Origin: an uncultured Brevinema sp.
GTDB lineage: Bacteria > Spirochaetota > Brevinematia > Brevinematales > Brevinemataceae
DNA: 47,463 nt
Direction: 5' to 3'
Assembly (NCBI GenBank): GCA_947040475.1
Contig: CAMRBT010000001.1
Span: 1 to 47,463, forward strand
The translations under genes and the position numbers were made by a program. The first letter of the stretch is position 1. The number at the start of each line of letters is the position of its first letter. Below the pieces are notes generated by a model, which was given only the letters and a program-made list of their open reading frames with translations, did not search any database and was not told the DNA's origin. This document shows, piece by piece, positions 27,022-35,533 of this stretch.

Positions 27022-27894
27022 ATGTTGAAAAACACTTTTCTTATATTAGCAATATTATTTGCTACAAACGTAGTTACCTACGCTCAGGACACCCCTGCGG
27101 TAACTAAAAATATTTCATTTTACATGTGTGGAAGTTCAGGTAATTTTAACCCTGATGCTGGCGATATGCTCGATTCTTGGTCAGAAATGGGTGTAAGTTA
27201 CTCTCAGAATTTTGCTAACGCACAGTGGCTTACTGTTACTGCAACTGCTGCTATTTGTACTGCAAACTCAGGATTTCTAAAAAAACCTGGTAGTGATGAA
27301 TTGGCTGGAGCTGCACCACATAATCTTGATGTTACTGGTTATGGTCAAGTTTATTTTTCATTCTTTAACTATGCTACTATCGGTGTACAAACTGAAGGTC
27401 GTATAGATATTGATCTAAAATATAAAGTTGCTCTTCCTGCAAATCAAAGTTTGACTTTCCGTCAATTTATGTGGTTACATCCTACAGGAAGTCCTTTTTA
27501 TGCTACATTAGCAAATCCTACTGGATTTGAAGACGATGAAGATGGGAATCCTGATCCAGACAAACCTATACACACACGTAATGTTGTTGATCATTTAGAT
27601 TATCGTATCGTTTATAGTGTTGGTTTTCACCCAGAATGGTCTTTTTCATCTGATTTACGTTTCCGTTTTAGTGGTAATGTTGCTAAAGGTTCTACTGCAA
27701 AAGCTGACTCTCCACAAGCTTTGAGAGAAAGTTTTAACATAAGATGGAATAATACTATTAATTATAGTAATGCTAATGGATTGGGTGGTTATTTCACTTT
27801 CCGTTACCAACCTAATAAAATCTTAGTAAAAACAGAACATACTATCAGTGTACTTGCTGGTATCTCTTACTCATACGATTTATCTGCCCTATAA
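27022..27894 (+). CDS. Putative outer-membrane beta-barrel / surface protein (290 aa)
   Basis: Signal peptide ending ...TYAQ, then alternating-hydrophobicity strands rich in aromatic residues (YFTFRYQP, LRFRFSG, YRIVYSVGF). It has its own strong promoter, SD and terminator. Confidence 0.45.
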   Translation: MLKNTFLILAILFATNVVTYAQDTPAVTKNISFYMCGSSGNFNPDAGDMLDSWSEMGVSYSQNFANAQWLTVTATAAICTANSGFLKKPGSDELAGAAPHNLDVTGYGQVYFSFFNYATIGVQTEGRIDIDLKYKVALPANQSLTFRQFMWLHPTGSPFYATLANPTGFEDDEDGNPDPDKPIHTRNVVDHLDYRIVYSVGFHPEWSFSSDLRFRFSGNVAKGSTAKADSPQALRESFNIRWNNTINYSNANGLGGYFTFRYQPNKILVKTEHTISVLAGISYSYDLSAL

Positions 27895-27925
27895 GATATA
27901 ATCTTTTGACAAAAATAAATAAAAA

Positions 27926-27955
27926 CACCTCTATTAAGTTAGGGGTGTTTTTTTT
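27926..27955 (+). terminator. Terminator after the putative outer-membrane protein gene
   Basis: Stem cacctct/aggggtg followed by T8. Confidence 0.7.
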
Positions 27956-28005
27956 ATTAAGATTCTAATATAGAATTTTATTTTTTATGAAAATCATTTA
28001 AACAA

Positions 28006-28038
28006 TAAAAAGCACCTCTTTATAGAAGTGCTTTTTTA
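28006..28038. terminator. Terminator downstream of glgB (minus strand), hairpin usable in both directions
   Basis: Stem agcac(c)tct/agaagtgct (28011-28032) with flanking A- and T-tracts. Confidence 0.6.
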
Positions 28039-28081
28039 TTTATTTGTTTTATATATGAATATGTTTTAACATGACTATGTT

Positions 28082-30229
28082 TTAATATGGGTAAACTTTA
28101 AACATCACAGCAGATAAAGGCCCTAGATTTATTACTAAAGAATTATCCATGTTTTGCCATGGAATTTGTTCTGTATGAGTATATTCATCATTAAGGATAT
28201 TCGCCCCACCATAATGAGAGCTATCACTATTAAAAATTTCTTTATAAGAGCCCGCAACAGGAGCACCTACTCTATAATTTTCTTTAACGACAGTATTCAT
28301 ATTCAAGACGACTAATATTTTGTTGCCGTCTTTGTCTTCTCTCACCCAAATTAATAATCCAGATTGAGAATTATCACAATCTATCCAATTAAAAGTACGA
28401 GGATCGCTATCAAGTTGATAAAGAGCAGATTCTGTACTGTAGAGATGATTGAGGTCTTTTACTAAATAACGTATTCCTGTATGCAAGACATAGCTATTAA
28501 GATGCCAATCAATAGATTGATATTCACACCATTCCTGCCAAGGAGCCCATTCTTGCCCAGCAAATAATAATTTTTTACCAGGATGTGCCCACATATAAGC
28601 ATACATCAATCGTAAATTTGCAAATTTTTCCCAATCGCCACCAGGCATTCTATCTAATAAAGTACCCTTTCCGTGCACAACTTCATCATGAGAAAATGGA
28701 AGAACAAAACGCTCACTAAAAGCATACATTAATGAAAAAGTTATTTCTCCGTGATGCCAAGCTCTGAACAAAGGATCTATAGCAAAATAATCTAAAGTAT
28801 CATTCATCCAACCCATATTCCATTTGTAGGTAAAACCTAATCCACCGACAGATGTTGGGGAAGTAACTCCCATATAAGAAGTAGATTCTTCGGCGATAGT
28901 CATTACTGTTGGGTAATAGCGTTCAATTTCGGCGTGAAGAGATTGTAAAAACTCTATAGCTTCTAAATTTTCACGTCCGCCATGTCTATTGGGGAGCCAC
29001 TCTCCAGCTTCACGAGAATAATCTAAATAAAGCATAGACGCAACAGCATCTACTCTTAAACCATCTACATGAAACATATCTAGCCAATATAAAGCACTTC
29101 CAATTAAAAATTGTCTGACTTCATTTCGTCCAAAATTAAAAATATAAGTACCCCAATCATTATGCCAGCCTAATCTAGGATCTGCGTGTTCATATAATGC
29201 TGTTCCATCAAAACGGGATAATCCATGAGGATCGTTTGGAAAGTGAGCAGGTACCCAGTCCAATATTACTCCAATACCACTTTGATGTAAATAATCAACA
29301 AAATACATAAAATCATGAGGTGAGCCATAACGAGAAGTAGGTGCATAATAGCCTGTTACTTGATAACCCCAAGAGCCATCAAAAGGATATTCTGAAATAC
29401 CCATTAATTCAACATGGGTAAATCCATGTTCTAAAATATAATCAGCTAAAGGCTCTACGACATCTCTATACGATAAAGAATGATTGTTTTCATCTCTAAT
29501 CCAAGTATCTAAATGACATTCATAAATACTTAATGGCTCATCGATATGTTTGGTTCTTGTTTTTAGCCAATCTTGATCATCCCAAGCATATCCTTCTAAA
29601 GGATAAGAAATAGAAGCTGTATTAGGTCTCAATTCTGCATAAAAGGCTAAAGGATCACTTTTTTCGACAATGTTTCCATCTTTTGATTCAACAGCGAATT
29701 TGTATTTTACAGAAGTAACCACTTCTGGAAGAAAAAATTCCCAAACACCAAATTCATGACGGGGACGCATATAATGTTTGTTGTTATCCCAACAATTAAA
29801 TTCACCCATAAGACGTACACTACTGGCATTAGGAGCCCAAAGGGTAAAGAGCGTTCCAGGAATACCTTCACATTCTGTCACATGAGCACCTAGAATTTCC
29901 CAAATACGTCTATGCGTACCTTCAGAAAATAAATGTAAATCAAAATCACTAAGCATAGAAGGAAAATTATAAGGATCTTTTTCTGTCCATTCATGATCAT
30001 CTTTTTTATATTTTAGCACATAGTCTATTTTGGAATCTAATTCCGTATAAAAAAATCCATCTTCGTTTTTTATAAGAGCTATTTCTTTGTTGTTTTTAGT
30101 GTTAATGATTTTTAATGAGTCTGCACCACTATGTAGAGTCCTAATAGAATAACCTTTTTTTGTTTCTTGTATACCCAGCACAGCAAAAGGGTTTGATTTA
30201 ATTTCTTTCCACAATTTGTTTAACGCCAT
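28082..30229 (-). CDS. glgB: 1,4-alpha-glucan branching enzyme
   Basis: 715 aa of GH13 type. Motifs GVILDWVPAHF, GLRVDAVASMLY, IAEEST and FSHDEVVHGK. Confidence 0.95.
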   Translation of the reverse strand: MALNKLWKEIKSNPFAVLGIQETKKGYSIRTLHSGADSLKIINTKNNKEIALIKNEDGFFYTELDSKIDYVLKYKKDDHEWTEKDPYNFPSMLSDFDLHLFSEGTHRRIWEILGAHVTECEGIPGTLFTLWAPNASSVRLMGEFNCWDNNKHYMRPRHEFGVWEFFLPEVVTSVKYKFAVESKDGNIVEKSDPLAFYAELRPNTASISYPLEGYAWDDQDWLKTRTKHIDEPLSIYECHLDTWIRDENNHSLSYRDVVEPLADYILEHGFTHVELMGISEYPFDGSWGYQVTGYYAPTSRYGSPHDFMYFVDYLHQSGIGVILDWVPAHFPNDPHGLSRFDGTALYEHADPRLGWHNDWGTYIFNFGRNEVRQFLIGSALYWLDMFHVDGLRVDAVASMLYLDYSREAGEWLPNRHGGRENLEAIEFLQSLHAEIERYYPTVMTIAEESTSYMGVTSPTSVGGLGFTYKWNMGWMNDTLDYFAIDPLFRAWHHGEITFSLMYAFSERFVLPFSHDEVVHGKGTLLDRMPGGDWEKFANLRLMYAYMWAHPGKKLLFAGQEWAPWQEWCEYQSIDWHLNSYVLHTGIRYLVKDLNHLYSTESALYQLDSDPRTFNWIDCDNSQSGLLIWVREDKDGNKILVVLNMNTVVKENYRVGAPVAGSYKEIFNSDSSHYGGANILNDEYTHTEQIPWQNMDNSLVINLGPLSAVMFKVYPY

Positions 30230-30405
30230 ACAAACCTCACCATATTTATCTATTTTAAATTAATTGTCTCTCTTCATTATAGTAATTTTTCACATTTTGT
30301 CAAACCTTTTTATGTTTTATTTGAAAATAAGTTGTAAATAATTGGAAAAATAGGGATTTATTTACTATTTTTAAGATAGTTATATTATTAAGGGGGATCT
30401 AAGCC

Positions 30406-30882
30406 ATGGCATTAGAATCTATCAAAAAAGAAATTGGAAAGGAAATCGAAGCAACTAAATGCTTTGTAGAGCTCGCAATCGCTGCTCAAAAATGTGGCTA
30501 TACCAAAGCTGCTAAATTCTTCATCTCAGAAGCACAAGAAGATTGTGAACATGCCTTTTTATATGCAAGAGAATTAGATAAATATAGTGGGATTTTAGAT
30601 GACGATAGAAATATCGTAGAAATCACCAAAGCTTTTTATGAGCTTGAATATGGTGCTATAGAAAGAATTAGTGAAATGTATAAAGAAGCCCACAAAGAGG
30701 ATCTTCGTAGTATTCATCCTTTCCTTTCAAAAATGATGGGTAAACACACTGAAGATTGTTACAGAGCTAAAAAACTCCTCCAAAAAATCGAAGTTTTATT
30801 TTCAGCAGATTCTCTATCCGATATAGAAACTTTATTTGAAGATGAACAAGATGAAGATGATAACAATCTCATAGATAACTAA
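30406..30882 (+). CDS. Ferritin-like four-helix-bundle protein, paralogue 1 (acidic C-terminal tail)
   Basis: Helix pattern and motif ...SEAQEDCEHAF... resemble the ferritin/rubrerythrin superfamily. Clearly paralogous to the next gene. Confidence 0.5.
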   Translation: MALESIKKEIGKEIEATKCFVELAIAAQKCGYTKAAKFFISEAQEDCEHAFLYARELDKYSGILDDDRNIVEITKAFYELEYGAIERISEMYKEAHKEDLRSIHPFLSKMMGKHTEDCYRAKKLLQKIEVLFSADSLSDIETLFEDEQDEDDNNLIDN

Positions 30883-30952
30883 AAATACTATTGTATAGCT
30901 CTCAAAAATCGTCTATAATAAGTTAAATAAAATTTATTATTAGGAGATTGTT

Positions 30953-31405
30953 ATGGCATTACAATTGGTAAAAGACGAAGTCTTAAAAGAAATGGAAGCA
31001 GTGAAGTGTTTTATTGATCTAGCTATCAAAGCACAAAAAGCTGGCTACGAAAAAGCTGCAGAATATTTTTTAGCACAAGCTAGAGAAGATTGTGGACACG
31101 CTTTTAACTATGCTAAAGAATTAGATAAATACGGTGAAGTTCCTGGAGACATGACTATCACTAGTATCGTTCAAAAATTCGTAGACTTAGAAAAAGGTGC
31201 TGTCACTAGAGTTTTAGCAATTCAAGATGAAATGGTAGCAGAAAATAACAAAGGACTAGCTCCTTTTGTATTACATGTTTTACAAGATCATTCTGACGAA
31301 GCATACGTAGCTCAAAAACTTCTTCAAAAAGTAGCTGTTCTTGACAAACAAGAAGCTCTTAATGATATTGAAGAATTATTTGCTCAATTATTAGAAAAAG
31401 AATAA
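30953..31405 (+). CDS. Ferritin-like four-helix-bundle protein, paralogue 2
   Basis: Roughly half of the positions are identical by eye to the preceding gene (MALxxxKxE...VKCF..LAI.AQK.GY.KAA..F...A.EDC.HAF.YA.ELDKY). Confidence 0.5.
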   Translation: MALQLVKDEVLKEMEAVKCFIDLAIKAQKAGYEKAAEYFLAQAREDCGHAFNYAKELDKYGEVPGDMTITSIVQKFVDLEKGAVTRVLAIQDEMVAENNKGLAPFVLHVLQDHSDEAYVAQKLLQKVAVLDKQEALNDIEELFAQLLEKE

Positions 31406-31441
31406 TTCTTTCATAATAATTTTCTTAAATTATAAAAAAAA

Positions 31442-31472
31442 AGCACATACTTTGTTGTATGTGCTTTTTTTA
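31442..31472 (+). terminator. Terminator after the ferritin-like pair
   Basis: Stem agcacatac/gtatgtgct followed by T7. Confidence 0.8.
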
Positions 31473-31612
31473 TTTTTACTACAATCCAGTCTCGAATTGT
31501 TAAAAGTTGTTAAGAATTAAAGCGCTTTAAAATTTATTTTGATTGTATTATCTCTTATTATAAACTATAATAATACTAGAAACCCATATTTTATATACTT
31601 AGGAGTATACAA

Positions 31613-33268
31613 ATGAAAAATATTTTACTTATTTCTTTATTCTTTATGACGATATCTTGTGGCACTAATCAAATTGCTTTGGAGCAGATTCCTGATAATG
31701 CTATTATCACTAAATCAAATAATTTCCTCAAAGTCAATCCCTATCTTATTGCACCACTTTCTGCAGAACTGCACATTTTAGCACCTAATGCTGATCTTAC
31801 CATTACTGTAAAAGGTCAAGACGGTAAAGATTCTGATCTTTCCTACACTTGGAAAAACACTACTAATACTATTTTCCCAGTCTTAGGAATGTATTTTGAA
31901 CATACGAATACTATTACTATTGCTACCTCCGCAATGACTAAAACTGTTCAAGTAGTCATCACGAACAAAGCTGCAGAGTTTATTAAATCTATAGAAGTCT
32001 TGGTCAACAATAGACCTGTGAACGCAGAGCGTAAAAACTTTCTCAATTTTCACAATCCTGTAGGTGTCTTAAACGATCTTTTTGCCACCGATAATTATGG
32101 TAAGATAAGATGGTATCTTTCTAGTGTTAATGAATTACATGCGATGAAATTTAATACCACTAATGACGAAGTACAATTTTCTATATTAAACACTGTCTCT
32201 CCAGAGGTGCTTACATACAATATGGTGGGTAAATTAGTCAATACTGTAAAAGGTTCTGAAATACCTACCTATAACGTCAAAGAAGCCGACAAAAGATATC
32301 ATCATGACTTCTTTTATAGAGATAATGGAAATATAATTGTTTTGGATAAATCTCAATATGGTGTTGAAGATGCCATTTTAGAAGTTGATGCTAAAGGCAC
32401 TATAGTTCAAGAAATCCACATTGGTGATTGGATTAGAAAAACTATTAATAATGACCCTAAAGACAATACAGGATTAGAAAATTTTATTTTTGATTCAGAA
32501 AGTAATCCTATTGATGAATATGCATCTGGTATTAGATATCCTGGAATGCCTGATGAACAAAATGCTATTGATTGGGCACATATTAATGCCATAAGTTTTG
32601 ATGAAGCTACAGATACTCTTTATTTATCTTTTCGCCAACATGGTATTTTTGCCTTTGACTATAACACTCAAACACTAAAATGGATTTTTATGAGAAAAGA
32701 TTATACTATTCCTAGTGGAAATCGTATTTTTTATAACCTTCCAGATAATATGGTATATGTTTATGATGTTCCTGCTTTAGCACCTTATGTTCTAAAAGGA
32801 ATGAATGGCGTAGATCATCCTCATGCCATCACTTTCCTCTCAAACAATCAATTTATGGTTTTTGATAATTCAGGTGATGATGGAAATTACCCTGAAGAAG
32901 GATCTCGTTTATTAGTATTTTCCGTAGATGAAAAAACAATGACAGCTAAATCAAATTGGGAGTATAGACATACTAACCCAGACGGAAAATTAACCTATTC
33001 ACAAATTGTTTCTGATATAGACAAAACACCTTTTAATTCTTATGTTGGGACTTTTGGAACTGCTACTCCTTTCCCTTTTATAGAAATAGCTGACAACAAA
33101 AAAGTTCTTTTTGATATGAGATTAAATCTTGTAGCTAAAGGTGCTGGAGAAAGTGATGTGGCTATGCCTATTGCTTGTCCTACTGCAAGACTCATACAAA
33201 ATGGAATATTTTTATACAGAGGCGATTATGCTTCTATCTATCCTAGTATGTATAAATCTATAGACTAA
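31613..33268 (+). CDS. Arylsulfotransferase (ASST)-family beta-propeller lipoprotein (putative)
   Basis: Lipobox MTISC. Motifs RYHHDFFYRDNGNIIVLD and IDWAHINAISFDEATDTLYLSFRQHGIFAFDYNTQTLKWIF match my recollection of the ASST family (HHD; DW.H.NS...D......S.R......ID...G...W). Confidence 0.55.
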   Translation: MKNILLISLFFMTISCGTNQIALEQIPDNAIITKSNNFLKVNPYLIAPLSAELHILAPNADLTITVKGQDGKDSDLSYTWKNTTNTIFPVLGMYFEHTNTITIATSAMTKTVQVVITNKAAEFIKSIEVLVNNRPVNAERKNFLNFHNPVGVLNDLFATDNYGKIRWYLSSVNELHAMKFNTTNDEVQFSILNTVSPEVLTYNMVGKLVNTVKGSEIPTYNVKEADKRYHHDFFYRDNGNIIVLDKSQYGVEDAILEVDAKGTIVQEIHIGDWIRKTINNDPKDNTGLENFIFDSESNPIDEYASGIRYPGMPDEQNAIDWAHINAISFDEATDTLYLSFRQHGIFAFDYNTQTLKWIFMRKDYTIPSGNRIFYNLPDNMVYVYDVPALAPYVLKGMNGVDHPHAITFLSNNQFMVFDNSGDDGNYPEEGSRLLVFSVDEKTMTAKSNWEYRHTNPDGKLTYSQIVSDIDKTPFNSYVGTFGTATPFPFIEIADNKKVLFDMRLNLVAKGAGESDVAMPIACPTARLIQNGIFLYRGDYASIYPSMYKSID

Positions 33269-33289
33269 AAATAAATCTCAAATAAAAAA

Positions 33290-33313
33290 CCCCCAAAATT
33301 TTGGGGGTTTTTT
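33290..33313. terminator. Bidirectional terminator between the ASST-like gene and moxR
   Basis: Perfect palindrome cccccaaaattttggggg flanked by A6 and T6. Confidence 0.85.
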
Positions 33314-33355
33314 CTATTGCTTAGCGATATAATATTTTTAATATTTATATAAGGT

Positions 33356-34339
33356 TTAAGGTATCTCTACTCTTTGTAGAATTTGATCGATAAGAGTATC
33401 TGAAGTTAGTCCCTCAGCCTCAGCTTCAAAAGAAATCAACAATCTATGTCTTAATACTTCATGAGCAACACCTTTTATGTCTTCAGGAATCACATAAGCT
33501 CTTCCATCAAAAAATGCTTCTGCTTTGGCAGCTTTAAGGAATGCTAAAGAAGCTCTTGGAGATGCTCCAGCACGAATATATTCAGATTTGATTTGTACTG
33601 ATTCAGGCTCTCTAGTCGCATAAACAAGATTAACAATATATTCCATGATTTTTTCATCAGCATAAATTTGTTTAACAAAATTCTGTAAATCAAGAACTTG
33701 TTCTTTGGAAATAACTTTTTTCGGTTCTGGAATATGCAATCCACCCATACGAGAAATAATTCTTTTTTCTTCAGCTCTGGTTGGGTAATTAGCAATTACT
33801 TTTAATAAGAATCTATCCATTTGCGCTTCTGGAAGTGGATAAGTTCCTTCTTGTTCTATAGGGTTTTGAGTAGCCATTACCAAGAATGGATCTGGCAATT
33901 GATAAGTATTATCCCCAATAGTGATCGTTTTTTCTTGCATCGCTTCTAATAATGCTGCTTGCACTTTTGCTGGAGCACGATTGATTTCATCGGCTAAAAC
34001 AAAGTTTGTAAAGACAGGACCTTGCTTTACTTCAAAGTTACCAGTACCTTGATTATAAATTAGCGTTCCTCTAATATCTGCAGGCAACATATCAGGAGTA
34101 AATTGGATTCTATTAAAATCTAAATCTAAAATTTTTGCAAGTGTACTAATAGACAATGTTTTTGCTAATCCTGGTAACCCTTCTATAAGAATATGACCAC
34201 CGGTCAATAAACCCATCATCAAATATTTATAGACTGATTTTTGTCCTACAATAACTTTTTCGTATTCTAGTTCAATTTGATTGAGTATTTCTTTTTTTTC
34301 TACTGCTAATTCTGTAATACGACGAATGTCCATATCCAT
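33356..34339 (-). CDS. MoxR-family AAA+ ATPase
   Basis: 327 aa. Walker A GLPGLAKT, Walker B FVLADEINRA, MATQNPIEQEGTYPLPEAQMDRF and the C-terminal lid GASPRA. Confidence 0.92.
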   Translation of the reverse strand: MDMDIRRITELAVEKKEILNQIELEYEKVIVGQKSVYKYLMMGLLTGGHILIEGLPGLAKTLSISTLAKILDLDFNRIQFTPDMLPADIRGTLIYNQGTGNFEVKQGPVFTNFVLADEINRAPAKVQAALLEAMQEKTITIGDNTYQLPDPFLVMATQNPIEQEGTYPLPEAQMDRFLLKVIANYPTRAEEKRIISRMGGLHIPEPKKVISKEQVLDLQNFVKQIYADEKIMEYIVNLVYATREPESVQIKSEYIRAGASPRASLAFLKAAKAEAFFDGRAYVIPEDIKGVAHEVLRHRLLISFEAEAEGLTSDTLIDQILQRVEIP

Positions 34340-34369
34340 AATTTCGCCTCCTTAGTCTGTTTTATTTTT

Positions 34370-34906
34370 TTAATAACTAATCATTGATAAAATGCCTAAA
34401 ATAAATAATTTTAAAGCATAAGTATGTTTTGGATTCAATCTATGAAAATTAAAGTTAATACTAATAGCCGTAATAGTACATAAAACAGCCATAAATCCTA
34501 AGCCCAATCCTAAAGAATACACCATACTATCCACCGCATTAAAATCTTTTGCTATAATTACAGAAAAAACTAGGGGCAAAATAGCATCGCCTCTACGAAT
34601 AAATCCTATAACGGTATCTTCTAAACGGGATTTTGGTAATAAAAATCCTATAATCACACTCAATATCACTTCAAATCCAATTAAAACAATCAAGAGAAAT
34701 AATTCTTTTCCAGGAAAATTAAAAAATGGTCTTAGATTAATCATAATAACCGTTTGAATCAGTATAAAAGTAATCAATCTCAAACCAACCCAAAAGGATT
34801 CGCTCAAAGTATAAGTAAATAATACAATAACACCCAATCCTACCGCATGCCACACAAATATATTTTCAAAAAACATGCCTGAAACTAAAATATCTATTAA
34901 ATTCAT
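34370..34906 (-). CDS. RnfA/NqrE-like integral membrane protein (highly divergent)
   Basis: 178 aa, six hydrophobic spans, colinear with RnfA (ENIFVWHAVGLG ~ NNFVLVKFLGLC; ILPLVFSVII ~ FLPLITTNCA; GILSMISY ~ GLMSLAF). An ATGA overlap links it to the upstream gene. Confidence 0.5.
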   Translation of the reverse strand: MNLIDILVSGMFFENIFVWHAVGLGVIVLFTYTLSESFWVGLRLITFILIQTVIMINLRPFFNFPGKELFLLIVLIGFEVILSVIIGFLLPKSRLEDTVIGFIRRGDAILPLVFSVIIAKDFNAVDSMVYSLGLGLGFMAVLCTITAISINFNFHRLNPKHTYALKLFILGILSMISY

Positions 34907-35532
34907 TGTGTGTTTTCTCCTTTATCAGAACGAAAGAATCCCATAAATCCAATAAGTATAGCAATAATAAAAAAGATCATTGCTCTCATATTAATAGCTG
35001 ATAACCAAAATATTTTTGTATTTTTAATGGTATTTTCAAAACTTTCAAAAATAGAATCTCCACCAAAAATAAAAATTTCACCAAAAGCTCCAAATTTAAA
35101 ATTTAATGATCCATGTAAAACAATATCTCTCACACAAGAAAACAGAACAACTAAGATAGCAGAGATAAATGCTTCGACAAAAGGGGCTGATTCTCTATCA
35201 TTTTCATGATCTTCTAACCATCCTATTAACATAGAGGATGCTGTCATCGATGCAGGAAAAATTAAGGCTAATTCTTTGTATAAAGCCCAATCTACCATAC
35301 CGATTAATAAAACATAAAAAGTCCCACCACATACTCCAAAAAAAGAAGTAATATAAAAAGCGTCAGTTGTATGAATTCTTTTTTTTAATAAATCAACAAT
35401 CATTGATAAAAAAGGATAAAGAATTAAAACCCCCACCCCTGCCACAACACCTTGATAAGCACTATTCATCGTAAAAATTAGAGGATATAGACAAAATCTA
35501 ACTAATGGACCATGGGCTATTTGTTGTTTCAT
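34903..35532 (-). CDS. RnfE/NqrD-like integral membrane protein (highly divergent)
   Basis: Colinear with RnfE (RFCLYPLIF ~ LLGLCPLLA; ALIFPASMTASSMLIGW ~ GIFIPLIVTNCIVVGR; VRDIVLHGSLNF ~ LREIIGNGTLF). I prefer the ATG at 35532 with AAGGA upstream over the GTG at 35562. Confidence 0.5.
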   Translation of the reverse strand: MKQQIAHGPLVRFCLYPLIFTMNSAYQGVVAGVGVLILYPFLSMIVDLLKKRIHTTDAFYITSFFGVCGGTFYVLLIGMVDWALYKELALIFPASMTASSMLIGWLEDHENDRESAPFVEAFISAILVVLFSCVRDIVLHGSLNFKFGAFGEIFIFGGDSIFESFENTIKNTKIFWLSAINMRAMIFFIIAILIGFMGFFRSDKGENTQ

Positions 35533-35533
35533 A

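Noticed and set aside
30230-30405. Fur/PerR-type operator upstream of the ferritin-like genes (and the ATAATAAG...TTTATTAT repeat at about 30917-30942)
   Set aside because: I found only weak AT-rich partial palindromes and no convincing match to GATAATGATAATCATTATC or Per-box consensus. I cannot separate them from background composition by eye.
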